The position numbers and the translations under genes are program-made. Below the pieces are notes generated by a model. It worked only from the letters and a program-made list of their open reading frames with translations. It made no database searches and was not told the DNA's origin. Below are positions 9,530 to 19,449 of a stretch of DNA of 64,000 nt, in pieces. The stretch is taken from the sequence record OR352940.1. The stretch is one strand, 5' to 3'. Source of the DNA: Escherichia phage AV110. Position 1 is the stretch's first letter. Each line of letters starts with the position of its first letter.

Positions 9530-9850
9530 TCAATCTTCTATGATATCAGAGTCATATCCTAATGAAATCAAGGACTTTTTAAACTCTGCAATATTCTTTT
9601 GTTTCTTATCATTTAAAAATATGACAGGATAACGAATATTAAGTGAAGTGAATCCTGCACGTTTAGCAAGAGATACGATTAAAGGACGGTCATATTCAAT
9701 CTTACCATTGTTAGTGAGGACTTTATAAAATGTATAAGGAGCATTGAGCTCCTTTAAAAGTTTTGTAACAGTATAACATCCTGGACAACGTCCAACTTCT
9801 TCAGGGATGCCATAAACTTCAATTTTATTCTTTGGGTTCGAGTTTTGTTC
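9530..9850 (-). CDS. nrdH: Glutaredoxin-like protein (NrdH-like, CPGC redox motif); start codon uncertain
   Basis: C-terminal ~100 aa of ORF 9530..10027 carries EVYGIPEEVGRCPGCY; no in-frame ATG near the domain start, so GTG at 9848-9850 (AAGGA 10 nt upstream) or ATT at 9821-9823 proposed. Confidence 0.6.
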   Translation of the reverse strand, partial: EQNSNPKNKIEVYGIPEEVGRCPGCYTVTKLLKELNAPYTFYKVLTNNGKIEYDRPLIVSLAKRAGFTSLNIRYPVIFLNDKKQKNIAEFKKSLISLGYDSDIIED

Positions 9851-10136
9851 CACGAGAAATAATTCCTTGATAAGCCCAGTACGGCGGGTTAACAGAATCA
9901 TCACCAGAATTTTCTTCAGGGAAATAAACCTGAATAACGAATCCGGATTCGTCAAAGGTAAAATACACTGTAGGCAGTTCACCAAGCAATTCGGAACGAG
10001 CGTTAATTTCTTCGAGGTCTTGCTCACGTCCAGCCCAAAAACTAGGATTTAAACTACATTCGTAAAAATAATAGTCATTACCAAACATATCAAAACCCTT
10101 CCAACTCTCTACCACGTACCGCTCAAAACTAATCAT
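9825..10136 (-). CDS. Hypothetical protein
   Basis: 103-aa ORF. Confidence 0.5.
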   Translation of the reverse strand: MISFERYVVESWKGFDMFGNDYYFYECSLNPSFWAGREQDLEEINARSELLGELPTVYFTFDESGFVIQVYFPEENSGDDSVNPPYWAYQGIISRGTKLEPKE

Positions 10137-10138
10137 AA

Positions 10139-10354
10139 TTAAGCCTTTTTATCAAGAACAGAATTCAGTTTATTAGTAATTTTGTCCAAACGTTCATTGA
10201 ATTCGCTGGAGGATAAACCCTTTTCCGGAGAAATTAAACTAATCACGAAAAATACACCAGTAAAAGGAATAAGAAAAATAGCTCCAACTGCCATAAACAA
10301 AAAGAACGTTACAGTTGTAAGAAAATCAGCTAAACCTTTACGAAATTTATACAT
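10139..10354 (-). CDS. Hypothetical small membrane protein
   Basis: 71-aa ORF with one long hydrophobic segment. Confidence 0.5.
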   Translation of the reverse strand: MYKFRKGLADFLTTVTFFLFMAVGAIFLIPFTGVFFVISLISPEKGLSSSEFNERLDKITNKLNSVLDKKA

Positions 10355-10464
10355 ATTTACCCTTAATTAACTAAGCATTGATAAGCATTAAACTATATTG
10401 CGAATAAAATTCTGGACCAAAATTAAAAATCATATCATTTATAGTATCCATAATGTAATTCAAT

Positions 10465-10935
10465 TTAATCATGTTTCCACACCCCATCGGTATTTGACCA
10501 AAGTCGCTGGTTATCTGATCCTCGCCACAGTTTTTTGGTCGGAAGATTTTTCTCATACTTCCCATCAATAATAACATCAACATATTTAAGCATTTCTAGT
10601 TGTTTAATATCTTCAAACTTATATCCTGTCCACAACCAAATGCTTTTATTTGGATAAAGATTTTTTACTGTTTGAACAATGCAATGAATAACATCTCGGT
10701 TATCAGGATAGAGAGGGTCACCTCCGGTTATAGTCAATCCTTCTATATAATCATTATTCAAACATTCAATTAATTGTTCTAGTGTTTCGCCAGTGAATGG
10801 AATACCATTTCTAGCATTCCATGTTGATTTATTATAACACCCTTCACATTTATGCAAACAACCTGTAACGAAAAGAACGACCCTGCAACCAGGGCCATTC
10901 ACAAAATCGCAAGGATAAAATCTATCATAATTCAT
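10465..10935 (-). CDS. nrdG: Anaerobic ribonucleotide reductase activating protein NrdG (radical SAM)
   Basis: 156-aa ORF; Cys-rich N-terminal cluster (..GCLHKCEGCYN..); stop overlaps nrdD start as in T4. Confidence 0.88.
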   Translation of the reverse strand: MNYDRFYPCDFVNGPGCRVVLFVTGCLHKCEGCYNKSTWNARNGIPFTGETLEQLIECLNNDYIEGLTITGGDPLYPDNRDVIHCIVQTVKNLYPNKSIWLWTGYKFEDIKQLEMLKYVDVIIDGKYEKNLPTKKLWRGSDNQRLWSNTDGVWKHD

Positions 10936-12749
10936 TGGTGTTTAACCCTATGCATGATTTCTTTATTTTTACCGAGATTAAATCCGCGTTCGTTCGGATT
11001 TCCCAAATAACCACAAGTTCTTCTTATTGTGTTCATCTTTTTAGGATCAGTTTCTCCGCAAACTGAACAAACAAATCCATTTTCAGTAGGAGTCATTTCA
11101 TGAGTACTTCCGCATGTAAAACATTTATCTACTGGCATATTAACACCAAAATAATCTAAATGTTGTGCAGCATAATCCCATACAGCCTCAAGTCCCTTTA
11201 AATTGTTTTTCATATCTGGAAGTTCAACATAAGAAATGTGACCGCCTGTCGCAATGAAATGATACGGCGCTTCACGAGAAATCTTTTCAAACGGAGTAAT
11301 ATTTTCTTCTACTGAAACATGGAAACTATTAGTGTACCAGCCTTTATCTGTAACATCTTTTACACTTCCATATTTTTCTGTGTCGAGTTTACAAAAGCGA
11401 TAACAAAGGTTTTCAGCAGGAGTAGAATATAAACTAAAAGCAAATCCGGTTCTTTCAGTCCACTGTTTAAGATGAGCATTCATTTTAGTTAAAATTTCTT
11501 GTCCAATATCACGACCGACAAGAATATTCAATTCGTGAATACCAATGTATCCCAAAGACACTGAACTTCTACCGTTTTTAAATAACTCAATTATATCGTC
11601 ATCAGGTTTAAGACGAACCCCAAATGCACCTTCTTGGTAAAGAATAGGAGCAACAGTCGCTTTAACTCCTTTTAAGGAACTAATTCTACACATCAAAGCT
11701 TCAAAACACAGGTCCATTCGTTCGTTAAATAGCTCAACAAATTTCTGTTCATTGAACTGTGTTCCAATATAAGAATCTAACGCAATACGAGGAAGATTCA
11801 GTGTTACAACACCAAGATTATTACGTCCATCAAGAATTTCATTACCAGTCGAATCTTTCCATACGCTCAAGAAACTACGGCAACCCATCGGAGAAACAGG
11901 AACTGAAGAACCGGTAATAGCTTTATTATTCTTAACCGAAATAATGTCAGGATACATTCTTTTGCTTGCACATTCTAACGCAAGTTGTTTAATATCATAG
12001 TTCGGATCGTCTTTATAAAGATTAACACCTTCTTCAACGAACATAACAAGCTTAGGGAAAATAGGAGTTATTCCATCACGACCAAGACCTTTAATGCGGT
12101 TTTTAAGAATTGCCTTCTGAATCATTCGTTCAGTCCAATCGGTTCCCGTACCAAATGTAATTGTTACAAAAGGAGTTTGTCCGTTTGAACTAAAGAGAGT
12201 ATTTACTTCATATTCATAAGCTTGGAATGCGTCATAGACATCTTTTTCTGTTTTAGATTGAGCATAATTCAGAATGTCTGGTATTTGCCATTTTTCTGCA
12301 TCTTCAACATGTTTAGCGTATGTACGTTTAACATAAGGAGAAAGAACTTTATCGACATTCGCAAATGTAGTTCCGCCATACTGATGTGAAGCAACCTGTG
12401 CAGTAATTTGTGCCATAATTGCAGTAGCAACGCCAATAGATTTAGGCGTTTCAATTTGAGCATTGCCTAATTTAAATCCATTCTCAAGCATCCCCTTTAA
12501 ATCGACTAAACAGCAATTGGTAAACGGAAGAGCAGGAGAATAATCAATATCATGCATGTGAATGATTCCGCTTTCATGCGCATTCATAATAAAAGACGGG
12601 ACCATATTTTTGGCAATGTGCTTAGACACAATACCAGCCATAAGGTCCCGTTGAGTTGGAAAAACACGAGAATCTTTATTAGCATTCTCGTTTAAAAGGT
12701 CTTTATTAGTTTTATGAATTAATCCTTCAATTTCTTTTTCAATTTTCAT
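10932..12749 (-). CDS. nrdD: Anaerobic ribonucleoside-triphosphate reductase NrdD (glycyl radical enzyme), uninterrupted
   Basis: 605-aa continuous ORF; C-terminal Zn-ribbon cysteines and glycyl-radical motif RRTCGYLG. Confidence 0.93.
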   Translation of the reverse strand: MKIEKEIEGLIHKTNKDLLNENANKDSRVFPTQRDLMAGIVSKHIAKNMVPSFIMNAHESGIIHMHDIDYSPALPFTNCCLVDLKGMLENGFKLGNAQIETPKSIGVATAIMAQITAQVASHQYGGTTFANVDKVLSPYVKRTYAKHVEDAEKWQIPDILNYAQSKTEKDVYDAFQAYEYEVNTLFSSNGQTPFVTITFGTGTDWTERMIQKAILKNRIKGLGRDGITPIFPKLVMFVEEGVNLYKDDPNYDIKQLALECASKRMYPDIISVKNNKAITGSSVPVSPMGCRSFLSVWKDSTGNEILDGRNNLGVVTLNLPRIALDSYIGTQFNEQKFVELFNERMDLCFEALMCRISSLKGVKATVAPILYQEGAFGVRLKPDDDIIELFKNGRSSVSLGYIGIHELNILVGRDIGQEILTKMNAHLKQWTERTGFAFSLYSTPAENLCYRFCKLDTEKYGSVKDVTDKGWYTNSFHVSVEENITPFEKISREAPYHFIATGGHISYVELPDMKNNLKGLEAVWDYAAQHLDYFGVNMPVDKCFTCGSTHEMTPTENGFVCSVCGETDPKKMNTIRRTCGYLGNPNERGFNLGKNKEIMHRVKHQ

Positions 12750-13219
12750 TTTAAACTCTTTCTAAGCTGCTTTTTGAATGAAGCTATTAATTGTGTTTTA
12801 GTATCTGATTCATTATATTCAAATCCTCTTTGAAGCATCTCGGTCATCATTTCCTCTTTACCTAGTCTTGAGAACTCTTTAGTTTTGTCTGGAACAAAAT
12901 TAGGATGGATATTATTATCAGAATAATCTTGTTTCAAATAAGCGAGAAGAGCTTCAAGCCATTCTAGGTAGTCGACATCACGGCCTTTAAGACCAGAACG
13001 GTTGAACTTATGCTTCATTTGACCTTCTGCTGCGTTGCACAGAGAACAGAGTAATCCACGAACTCTACCGGCTTTTGGCCCGTTTAATTCATGGTCGTGG
13101 TCAAGATGGTTACCTTGAACATCAGGGTCTAATTCACGGTGGCAAATAGGACACTTACCGTTCTGTGCATCATAAAATTTTTGTTTTTCTTCTTTATATT
13201 TTGCGCCTGATAATAACAT
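12746..13219 (-). CDS. 49: Endonuclease VII gp49 (Holliday junction resolvase)
   Basis: 157-aa ORF; N-terminal Zn-binding region and C-terminus match remembered T4 gp49. Confidence 0.9.
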   Translation of the reverse strand: MLLSGAKYKEEKQKFYDAQNGKCPICHRELDPDVQGNHLDHDHELNGPKAGRVRGLLCSLCNAAEGQMKHKFNRSGLKGRDVDYLEWLEALLAYLKQDYSDNNIHPNFVPDKTKEFSRLGKEEMMTEMLQRGFEYNESDTKTQLIASFKKQLRKSLK

Positions 13220-13254
13220 GATAAACCCTTACCTTAAATAGATAAGGGTATTTA

Positions 13255-13668
13255 TTAACTTAAACGTCTTTCTAAATATTCAATGTATTCTGCGGCTGCT
13301 TGCATCAGGTTACCTTCATAGCCGTCGTTATTTTCTTGTCCGGCTAATTTAGCTAAAGCATAAGAAATACGTTCACCTTCGAATTCGCCAAGTCCACCAT
13401 CACAAACTACTTGGTCAATTTCTTCGAGTTCATCTATTGAATGGGATTCCCAGAAGCACCAAAGAGAAGTATCACGGTCATAGATGCAAAGTTTCTCACC
13501 TGTGTTCAACAACACTTCGATAATGCCATGGTCGCCATAACCATCTTCGGTAGTAGTACCAATTACCTTGATGATCGTATCTTTCTTTAATTCAGGAAAC
13601 TTGACTTGTAGTTCTTCATCTTCTTTAACAATCTTGAACCATTTACCGCGAGTTTCAGAAATATTCAT
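13255..13668 (-). CDS. Hypothetical protein
   Basis: ORF track 13255..13806 trimmed to MNISETRGKW at 13668. Confidence 0.45.
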   Translation of the reverse strand: MNISETRGKWFKIVKEDEELQVKFPELKKDTIIKVIGTTTEDGYGDHGIIEVLLNTGEKLCIYDRDTSLWCFWESHSIDELEEIDQVVCDGGLGEFEGERISYALAKLAGQENNDGYEGNLMQAAAEYIEYLERRLS

Positions 13669-13669
13669 A

Positions 13670-13867
13670 TCAATATTCTCTATAAAAGTTACGATGAGAA
13701 CGTTTAGCTTTGCGAAGCTGACGTTTAGTAGGACGAACTGTAAATGGTTGTCCAGAGAAAAAATTCGGATCGGTTTTAATAAGCAAATACCAATCATGTT
13801 TACCATTTTTTAATAAACGGTACAATAATTTAACTTGCATAATAATCTCTTCCCATTTCCATATCAA
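13670..13867 (-). CDS. Hypothetical basic protein
   Basis: 65-aa ORF. Confidence 0.4.
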   Translation of the reverse strand: MIWKWEEIIMQVKLLYRLLKNGKHDWYLLIKTDPNFFSGQPFTVRPTKRQLRKAKRSHRNFYREY

Positions 13868-13968
13868 TTAATTCATTTATTGAAGGTTCATCATAACATG
13901 GTTCTTCGTCGTTGTAAACCGTTTTGACGTCTGGCTCGACAGTCTCCCATCGAGCAGAATACCACGGT

Positions 13969-14325
13969 TTAACCCCGGAGTTTATTGAGCTCTTCATAAT
14001 CAATCCAGGATTCTAGCCCTGACGGCAGGTCACATTCAATGTTCCACAGAAGCTCTTCAATGGCTTGCAGGCGATTATATTCTTCAACGGTAATGGTAAC
14101 CATTGGTGCAACCGGTTCTGCCTTTTTAACCATCATATCGTTCATCAGGACGTAAAGGTCATCACGAACGACAGTGTCGTTCCAACCCCATGATTTGGCT
14201 TCGTAAGCTAATGATGAAGGGAGCACATTTAAAACTTCAATAATAGTTGGAGCATCAGGACCAAGTTCATTGGCACAAACTTCGTATACATCTTGGAAAT
14301 CTTTAAGATTTAATGAATATGTCAT
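13969..14325 (-). CDS. Hypothetical protein
   Basis: 118-aa ORF coupled to nrdC. Confidence 0.5.
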   Translation of the reverse strand: MTYSLNLKDFQDVYEVCANELGPDAPTIIEVLNVLPSSLAYEAKSWGWNDTVVRDDLYVLMNDMMVKKAEPVAPMVTITVEEYNRLQAIEELLWNIECDLPSGLESWIDYEELNKLRG

Positions 14326-14585
14326 TTAAAATATTCTCGTAGTTGGTCAAAGCCACCGATCGAAGTTCCATCAGGAGCAAACACTTGAGGCATAGTCAAT
14401 CCGACTTGTGATTCACGTCCAAGCTTAGTCAGAAGCTCAGCAATTTTTTCTTCATCGAATACACCTTTTTCTGGCATAACATTAATGAATTCGAACGGCT
14501 GTTTCTTAACAGTCAGCAATCGTTTCGCATTATCACAATAAATGCATTTATGAATAGTAGAGTCATACCCGTACACTTTAAACAT
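14322..14585 (-). CDS. nrdC: Thioredoxin/glutaredoxin NrdC
   Basis: ORF track 14322..14600; start at MFKVYGYD (14585); CIYC active site; matches remembered T4 NrdC along its length. Confidence 0.88.
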   Translation of the reverse strand: MFKVYGYDSTIHKCIYCDNAKRLLTVKKQPFEFINVMPEKGVFDEEKIAELLTKLGRESQVGLTMPQVFAPDGTSIGGFDQLREYFK

Positions 14586-14991
14586 TATTTTTCCTTTCAT
14601 CGATTAAATATGCAATGCCAAATACAATACATGTAATAAAACCTGTGATACAGATAGAAACCAACAACACCGTACCAAAGAACCAAATCAAGTTATCTTT
14701 AGTAGTTTGTTTGATATCCATCTCACGAATTTCTATAGCTATCGTATCACCTTTATTCAGAAGCGTATAAAATGATGGAGATACACGCCTGTCAAAAACT
14801 CGTCCTTGCTCATCTTTATAAACTGCAATAAATTCTAATTTAGAATATTTTCCTGTAGATTGACCTGAAATTAATTCCACTACCTCCACAGGAATTACTT
14901 TAGTTTCCATGTAAGTATTCTGGCTGTTCCAAATGAATGGAATGATGGCAAAAACTAAAGCTGCGATAAAACAACGAAGGCTATATCTCAT
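14578..14991 (-). CDS. Hypothetical membrane protein
   Basis: 137-aa ORF with N- and C-terminal hydrophobic segments. Confidence 0.5.
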   Translation of the reverse strand: MRYSLRCFIAALVFAIIPFIWNSQNTYMETKVIPVEVVELISGQSTGKYSKLEFIAVYKDEQGRVFDRRVSPSFYTLLNKGDTIAIEIREMDIKQTTKDNLIWFFGTVLLVSICITGFITCIVFGIAYLIDERKNNV

Positions 14992-15296
14992 TATAATGTT
15001 CTCTCAAATTTATGGAAGCATTTACGGCATTTCAATTTCAAGTTATCAGTGGTCCAGTTAACCAGTTGGACTTGGATAGTTCCACATTCCGGGCATGGAT
15101 GTTTTGCTGCCGATTTGGCAGCATTTTCACGTCGTTCAACCATTTTCATTATTTCGTTCCATGCCGGAGGAACGAACTCTTCTTCACCGTGGATTTTATC
15201 TCGCTGAACAAATTCGATCTTTGAACTATCGTCAATAAACTTAACCAAGCCATGATTAGTGCTCATATCAATATCCTCTAAAAGACGTAGTTTCAT
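14991..15296 (-). CDS. Hypothetical protein with putative zinc ribbon (CPEC..CRKC)
   Basis: 101-aa ORF. Confidence 0.5.
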   Translation of the reverse strand: MKLRLLEDIDMSTNHGLVKFIDDSSKIEFVQRDKIHGEEEFVPPAWNEIMKMVERRENAAKSAAKHPCPECGTIQVQLVNWTTDNLKLKCRKCFHKFERTL

Positions 15297-16246
15297 TATA
15301 ACACCTCAATGGCATTTCGTAAACCATCCGCTTTCGCATTCAGAGCTTTTAACGATTTAGTTTGTTCTGCAATCTGGGCTTCGACTTCTTTCAGACGAGA
15401 TTTGAGATATTCGCGTTCTTCTCTTAAGTTATCAACTTTTTCTGCTTTAGGCTCTTTAATAGGCTTAGGCTTATACTCGTTAGGGTTCTTCAACTTAATT
15501 TGAATGCGAGAACTGTATAACATTGAACCATTAGCTTCGGTTTCATCATACATTTCTACCACGTCCATGATTCTTAACATCATGCGAAGTTTATAAGACA
15601 GCGAACGAACGGTTTTGTTGCGCTTATTAATTTCTTCGGCTTTCATGGTACCGAGATTACGTGAGTAGTAATAAGGAACCTGGATATCAATTGATAATGA
15701 TGCGTTACCATTACCGGTTGGTTTGAATACTGCAGTAACCCAATCTTTAACATGAACTTTATTTGTACGATCATCGCCGCCTGTGAATAATTTACGAGAA
15801 TGTTTAAAAAGCATATTCACTTGGTTATTGAATTCACAAGCAAATTTATCAGCAAATTTAGTTTCAGGAATGGTAGATAACCAATCAGCCAAATGAGTCT
15901 TTTTAACATCATTAACAATAGTGAATTCAACCAAATCGGTTTTAGATGTCACAGATTTAATAAAGCTCGGCTTCATAAAGTTTTTAATGTTATCGCGAGC
16001 TACAGTAGAAGATAATAAACGAGAACGTTTAAACCATTGAAGCAACGTCCCTAACGAATGAGAATACGCATTTTGAGTATCTTTACAGATATGATTTTCT
16101 TGGCCTATGTATGTACCAAAATCGCGAAGAATACCACTTACTACATCTCGGTGTGGAACATCAAATCCTAGTGCACCAGAAGCACGTTGGGCATGAACGT
16201 TAGCGATAAGACCTGCAAAGTATTCAATGTAATGTGAACGTGTCAT
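15296..16246 (-). CDS. Hypothetical protein with C-terminal coiled coil
   Basis: 316-aa ORF; heptad-like Lys/Glu-rich tail. Confidence 0.55.
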   Translation of the reverse strand: MTRSHYIEYFAGLIANVHAQRASGALGFDVPHRDVVSGILRDFGTYIGQENHICKDTQNAYSHSLGTLLQWFKRSRLLSSTVARDNIKNFMKPSFIKSVTSKTDLVEFTIVNDVKKTHLADWLSTIPETKFADKFACEFNNQVNMLFKHSRKLFTGGDDRTNKVHVKDWVTAVFKPTGNGNASLSIDIQVPYYYSRNLGTMKAEEINKRNKTVRSLSYKLRMMLRIMDVVEMYDETEANGSMLYSSRIQIKLKNPNEYKPKPIKEPKAEKVDNLREEREYLKSRLKEVEAQIAEQTKSLKALNAKADGLRNAIEVL

Positions 16247-16303
16247 AATATTTTCCTCTCGTTAAGATAGATTCATTATACTCCAACCATCCTTGGTTGT
16301 ACA

Positions 16304-17299
16304 TCATTCCTTAAGAAGTTTTACTACTTGAATAAGATTAGCTCGTTCTGTTTTATTTTTACCATTTAAGCCTGCTAATCGTGAGATTTCATCGTCGGTC
16401 TGTTGAATAGTTACATTAAGTTCGTTAATCAAAGCTTCAAAGTATTTGATTTGCTCAGCATGTTTTGATTCAAATTTCTGAACAGGAATAACGTCTTGGT
16501 TTAGTTCATCAATAAGGTCTTTAAGAGCATCTTCTTGGTTGATATCATATTCAACTTCTTTTATTTCTTCAACGAGCTCGTCTTTATATCTAACGTCTTT
16601 TAGTCCTGGTGCTGGTCCTGAAATCTCTTCTTTAAGAGTACAAACATACCCAATACGGTATCCAATGCCGTCTCGCTTGATATCAACTTCGTCGATAAAT
16701 CCACAATGTTTAAGACCAGAGCCGATTAGGTCAAAATATCCTTGACGTCGTCCTTCAAACGTTACACGAACTACTAAGACAGTTTTGCCACCAACCTTTT
16801 GAAGCTCACATTTATAAAAGTCTGTTGAACCTGAATAACTTGGATGAGTTTTAAAGTTCATCTGACGATCTAGGCCCATTTGTAAACGTGCTGTTACGGC
16901 CATAAAACGTGTTTGGTTCTCGTTAAGATGAGCAACAATCCATTTCAAAGGCATTTTACACTGTTCACGACCGAACAAATCGGTACGTCCTAGATTACGC
17001 AGGATGTTGTTAGAGTTAATCATCGACAGAACGTTAAGTTTATTCAGCGCGCTGAAGATTCCATCAGCCATTGATTTTCCATAACCTTTACACGCTTTAA
17101 TAAGTGCTCGCGGCAGATTAGTATAGATTTCAGACGGCATATGAAAATCAAATTTACTAGTCAGTAATTGATGAACTTGGATAGCAATTTGCTCATAATT
17201 AAGTGCTCTGCGATCGTTATGGTCTTTAAACCACACTTTAATCTGTGAAGCACATAAACCGTTAATTTCATGTTTTACCGCATCAGATGTAATGCTCAT
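16304..17299 (-). CDS. Hypothetical protein with C-terminal coiled coil
   Basis: 331-aa ORF. Confidence 0.55.
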   Translation of the reverse strand: MSITSDAVKHEINGLCASQIKVWFKDHNDRRALNYEQIAIQVHQLLTSKFDFHMPSEIYTNLPRALIKACKGYGKSMADGIFSALNKLNVLSMINSNNILRNLGRTDLFGREQCKMPLKWIVAHLNENQTRFMAVTARLQMGLDRQMNFKTHPSYSGSTDFYKCELQKVGGKTVLVVRVTFEGRRQGYFDLIGSGLKHCGFIDEVDIKRDGIGYRIGYVCTLKEEISGPAPGLKDVRYKDELVEEIKEVEYDINQEDALKDLIDELNQDVIPVQKFESKHAEQIKYFEALINELNVTIQQTDDEISRLAGLNGKNKTERANLIQVVKLLKE

Positions 17300-17361
17300 A
17301 ACTATTTCCTCAGATTGAATTGGAACTCAAAACCATTATAACCCGTCCTTGGGTAAAGCGT

Positions 17362-17889
17362 TTATGCGTGAACCGTCTTTAAACGTTCTTCAAATTTCCG
17401 AAGAGTACTAATACGTTCTGCTTTCTGTTTTGTATAGTTTGCAATACGTTCTGAAGTGAGAGCGTATCGTTCGTTTACTGTTTCTTTCATGAAGTCAGGG
17501 ATTTCACGAGAAGCTTTAATTTCATCAAACTTATCGAGTACTGCCTGGTCTTCAGCGATTAAATTTTCATACATCTCGATATCTTTCTTGATAAACTCGA
17601 TATCTTCCTGGGTTACTTTGGATAAACGAGATGCTTTATCCTTTTTGTACTGCTCGTTAGTTTCACGAGACCAGAATAATGTACGTTTTTTGTTAGTGTT
17701 TTTGTAGACTTCCGCAATTCCAACTGAATCGATGATAACAATCCAATTCCAGCGAGATTTGAAAATCTGACCTCCGTCTACGGTAATCTCGTTACCATAA
17801 GCAACGTCATTAAAGAACTTGCTTTGTGCTTCAGATTTAAATTTTCCGTCGTTATAATTTACCAGGTTGAAAATATCTTTAGCGTTCAT
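17362..17889 (-). CDS. Hypothetical protein
   Basis: 175-aa ORF. Confidence 0.55.
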   Translation of the reverse strand: MNAKDIFNLVNYNDGKFKSEAQSKFFNDVAYGNEITVDGGQIFKSRWNWIVIIDSVGIAEVYKNTNKKRTLFWSRETNEQYKKDKASRLSKVTQEDIEFIKKDIEMYENLIAEDQAVLDKFDEIKASREIPDFMKETVNERYALTSERIANYTKQKAERISTLRKFEERLKTVHA

Positions 17890-17907
17890 GTTTTACCTCC
17901 AGTAGTT

Positions 17908-17945
17908 GATAGGTCTATAATAACATAACTATAGACCTTGTAAAC
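17908..17945 (-). promoter_or_regulatory. PeSL-type early promoter (arms GGTCTATA/TATAGACC, GTTTAC -35)
   Basis: Plus-strand gataggtctataataacataactatagaccttgtaaac; reverse complement gives GTTTACAA..TATAGTTATGTTATTATAGACC. Confidence 0.55.
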
Positions 17946-17947
17946 AA

Positions 17948-18235
17948 CTAAAAGAAACTTTTTTCGGTATTTTTTCCACTGAACCAAACAGACTTCGGGA
18001 TTTTTTGTAATTTTTCAGATTTAAGTTTCTCTTCCTGTTCTTTCTTATATACACCCTTGTCGTACTGGAGCATCTCTATGGCATTCTTTTGCAAACGATC
18101 TAAGGTAATTAAGGCTTTAGTTTTTCCTTTCAAGGAAGAGTCCTGGCGAACCTCCTCACTATATTGCATCGTAGAACTAACCATACGATGAGCATACAGT
18201 TCGACTGCGGCTTTATTTTTTTGCATAAAATCCAT
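17948..18235 (-). CDS. Hypothetical protein
   Basis: 95-aa ORF. Confidence 0.5.
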   Translation of the reverse strand: MDFMQKNKAAVELYAHRMVSSTMQYSEEVRQDSSLKGKTKALITLDRLQKNAIEMLQYDKGVYKKEQEEKLKSEKLQKIPKSVWFSGKNTEKSFF

Positions 18236-18310
18236 AACATATCCTCTTTGATTTGTACATCATTATTTTAAATATTTCTATGCCCTCAGTAGGTTCCTGG
18301 TGTCCTTCTT

Positions 18311-18357
18311 TGAGGTAAGCCATATGATTATTCATCTTTATGGCTTTTGTTACCTCA
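18311..18357 (-). other. Long imperfect inverted repeat (14-bp arms with a 4-nt bulge) in an intergenic region
   Basis: TGAGGTAAGCCATA ..16 nt.. TATGGCTTttgTTACCTCA; no adjacent U-run. Confidence 0.5.
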
Positions 18358-18372
18358 GAACTTCCTATAAGC

Positions 18373-19374
18373 TTATTTCAGTAAAGTTACTTCAGAGATT
18401 TCCTCCCAACCATCTTTATCAGTTGAAATAAAATCTGCTACATAAAGAGCGGTACGTAATGATACATTGCGAAGACGAGATACATTAGCCTTCATCCAGG
18501 ACAATGCTTTATACGTTTCTGCATCAGTCAGACCACGTTTCTGCATCATGTCAGTAGATAATATTACATCTTCAACTCGAACCATAATCTCTTCATTAGA
18601 GTGTACTCCAAGGTCGAGATACACTGAGCGAGATACTAAAGCTTGAAGGTGTGGAGCAAGTTTCGAACCGCGTTCTAACTCTTTATCGATATCAACGTTT
18701 GTAATGAAAACGATAGTACCTTCAAACTCAAATTCTTTATCAATACCCTTATCATCGAGATAAGATGACGCAGTGCTCCAACAAACTTTGCGTTTATCTC
18801 CAGTATCTAATGCTGCTTTAAGAAGATTCAAGATGTCCATATCTGAGAATACGTCAACGTCATCGATTAAGAGAACGCTGTCTGCATCACGGTTGAGCCA
18901 AAGTTGTTCGTAAAGGCCAATACCAGAGATTTTACCATTAATGCTTTTGTATTTGATGAAACCATTATCATTAGCATTATTAAGTGCTTTATCCAGAGAA
19001 TACGTCTTACCAATACCGGCTGCACCTGAAATAATGAGTGAACGAATTTTGCCATCGATAATGCCATTCGTCATCATGTTCATTACTTTAAAGCGTTTGT
19101 TGATACGAGTTTTCATATCTTCAGTGCTTTCAACAACTGCAACTGGTGATGTCTCAACTCCTTCCATTACGATGTCTGATTTGAAGACCCATACTCCACG
19201 TTCAGAACCATCAATCATAACGAAAATTTTACCGTCACCTAAGTGGGAACATTCAGGATTAAGCTTTGCTGGGAACCAGGTCTTTGTGGCAACATAAGAA
19301 CCAGAGATTTCGTTATTACGATAGATACCTTTTTTGATTTGAACGTTGAACATTTTATTCTCCAATTTACTCAT
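18373..19374 (-). CDS. P-loop NTPase (AAA-like Walker A GAAGIGKT, Walker B LLIDDVD), function unknown
   Basis: 333-aa ORF; motifs read directly from the translation. Confidence 0.6.
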   Translation of the reverse strand: MSKLENKMFNVQIKKGIYRNNEISGSYVATKTWFPAKLNPECSHLGDGKIFVMIDGSERGVWVFKSDIVMEGVETSPVAVVESTEDMKTRINKRFKVMNMMTNGIIDGKIRSLIISGAAGIGKTYSLDKALNNANDNGFIKYKSINGKISGIGLYEQLWLNRDADSVLLIDDVDVFSDMDILNLLKAALDTGDKRKVCWSTASSYLDDKGIDKEFEFEGTIVFITNVDIDKELERGSKLAPHLQALVSRSVYLDLGVHSNEEIMVRVEDVILSTDMMQKRGLTDAETYKALSWMKANVSRLRNVSLRTALYVADFISTDKDGWEEISEVTLLK

Positions 19375-19449
19375 TTCGTTTCGATAGGTCTATAATAACA
19401 TATCCTAAAAGCATGTACACTACTTTTTTAAATATTTTAACCCCCTAAA

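Noticed and set aside
10932-12749. Group I intron or homing endonuclease inside nrdD
   Set aside because: The reading frame is uninterrupted for 605 codons and conserved motifs are contiguous.
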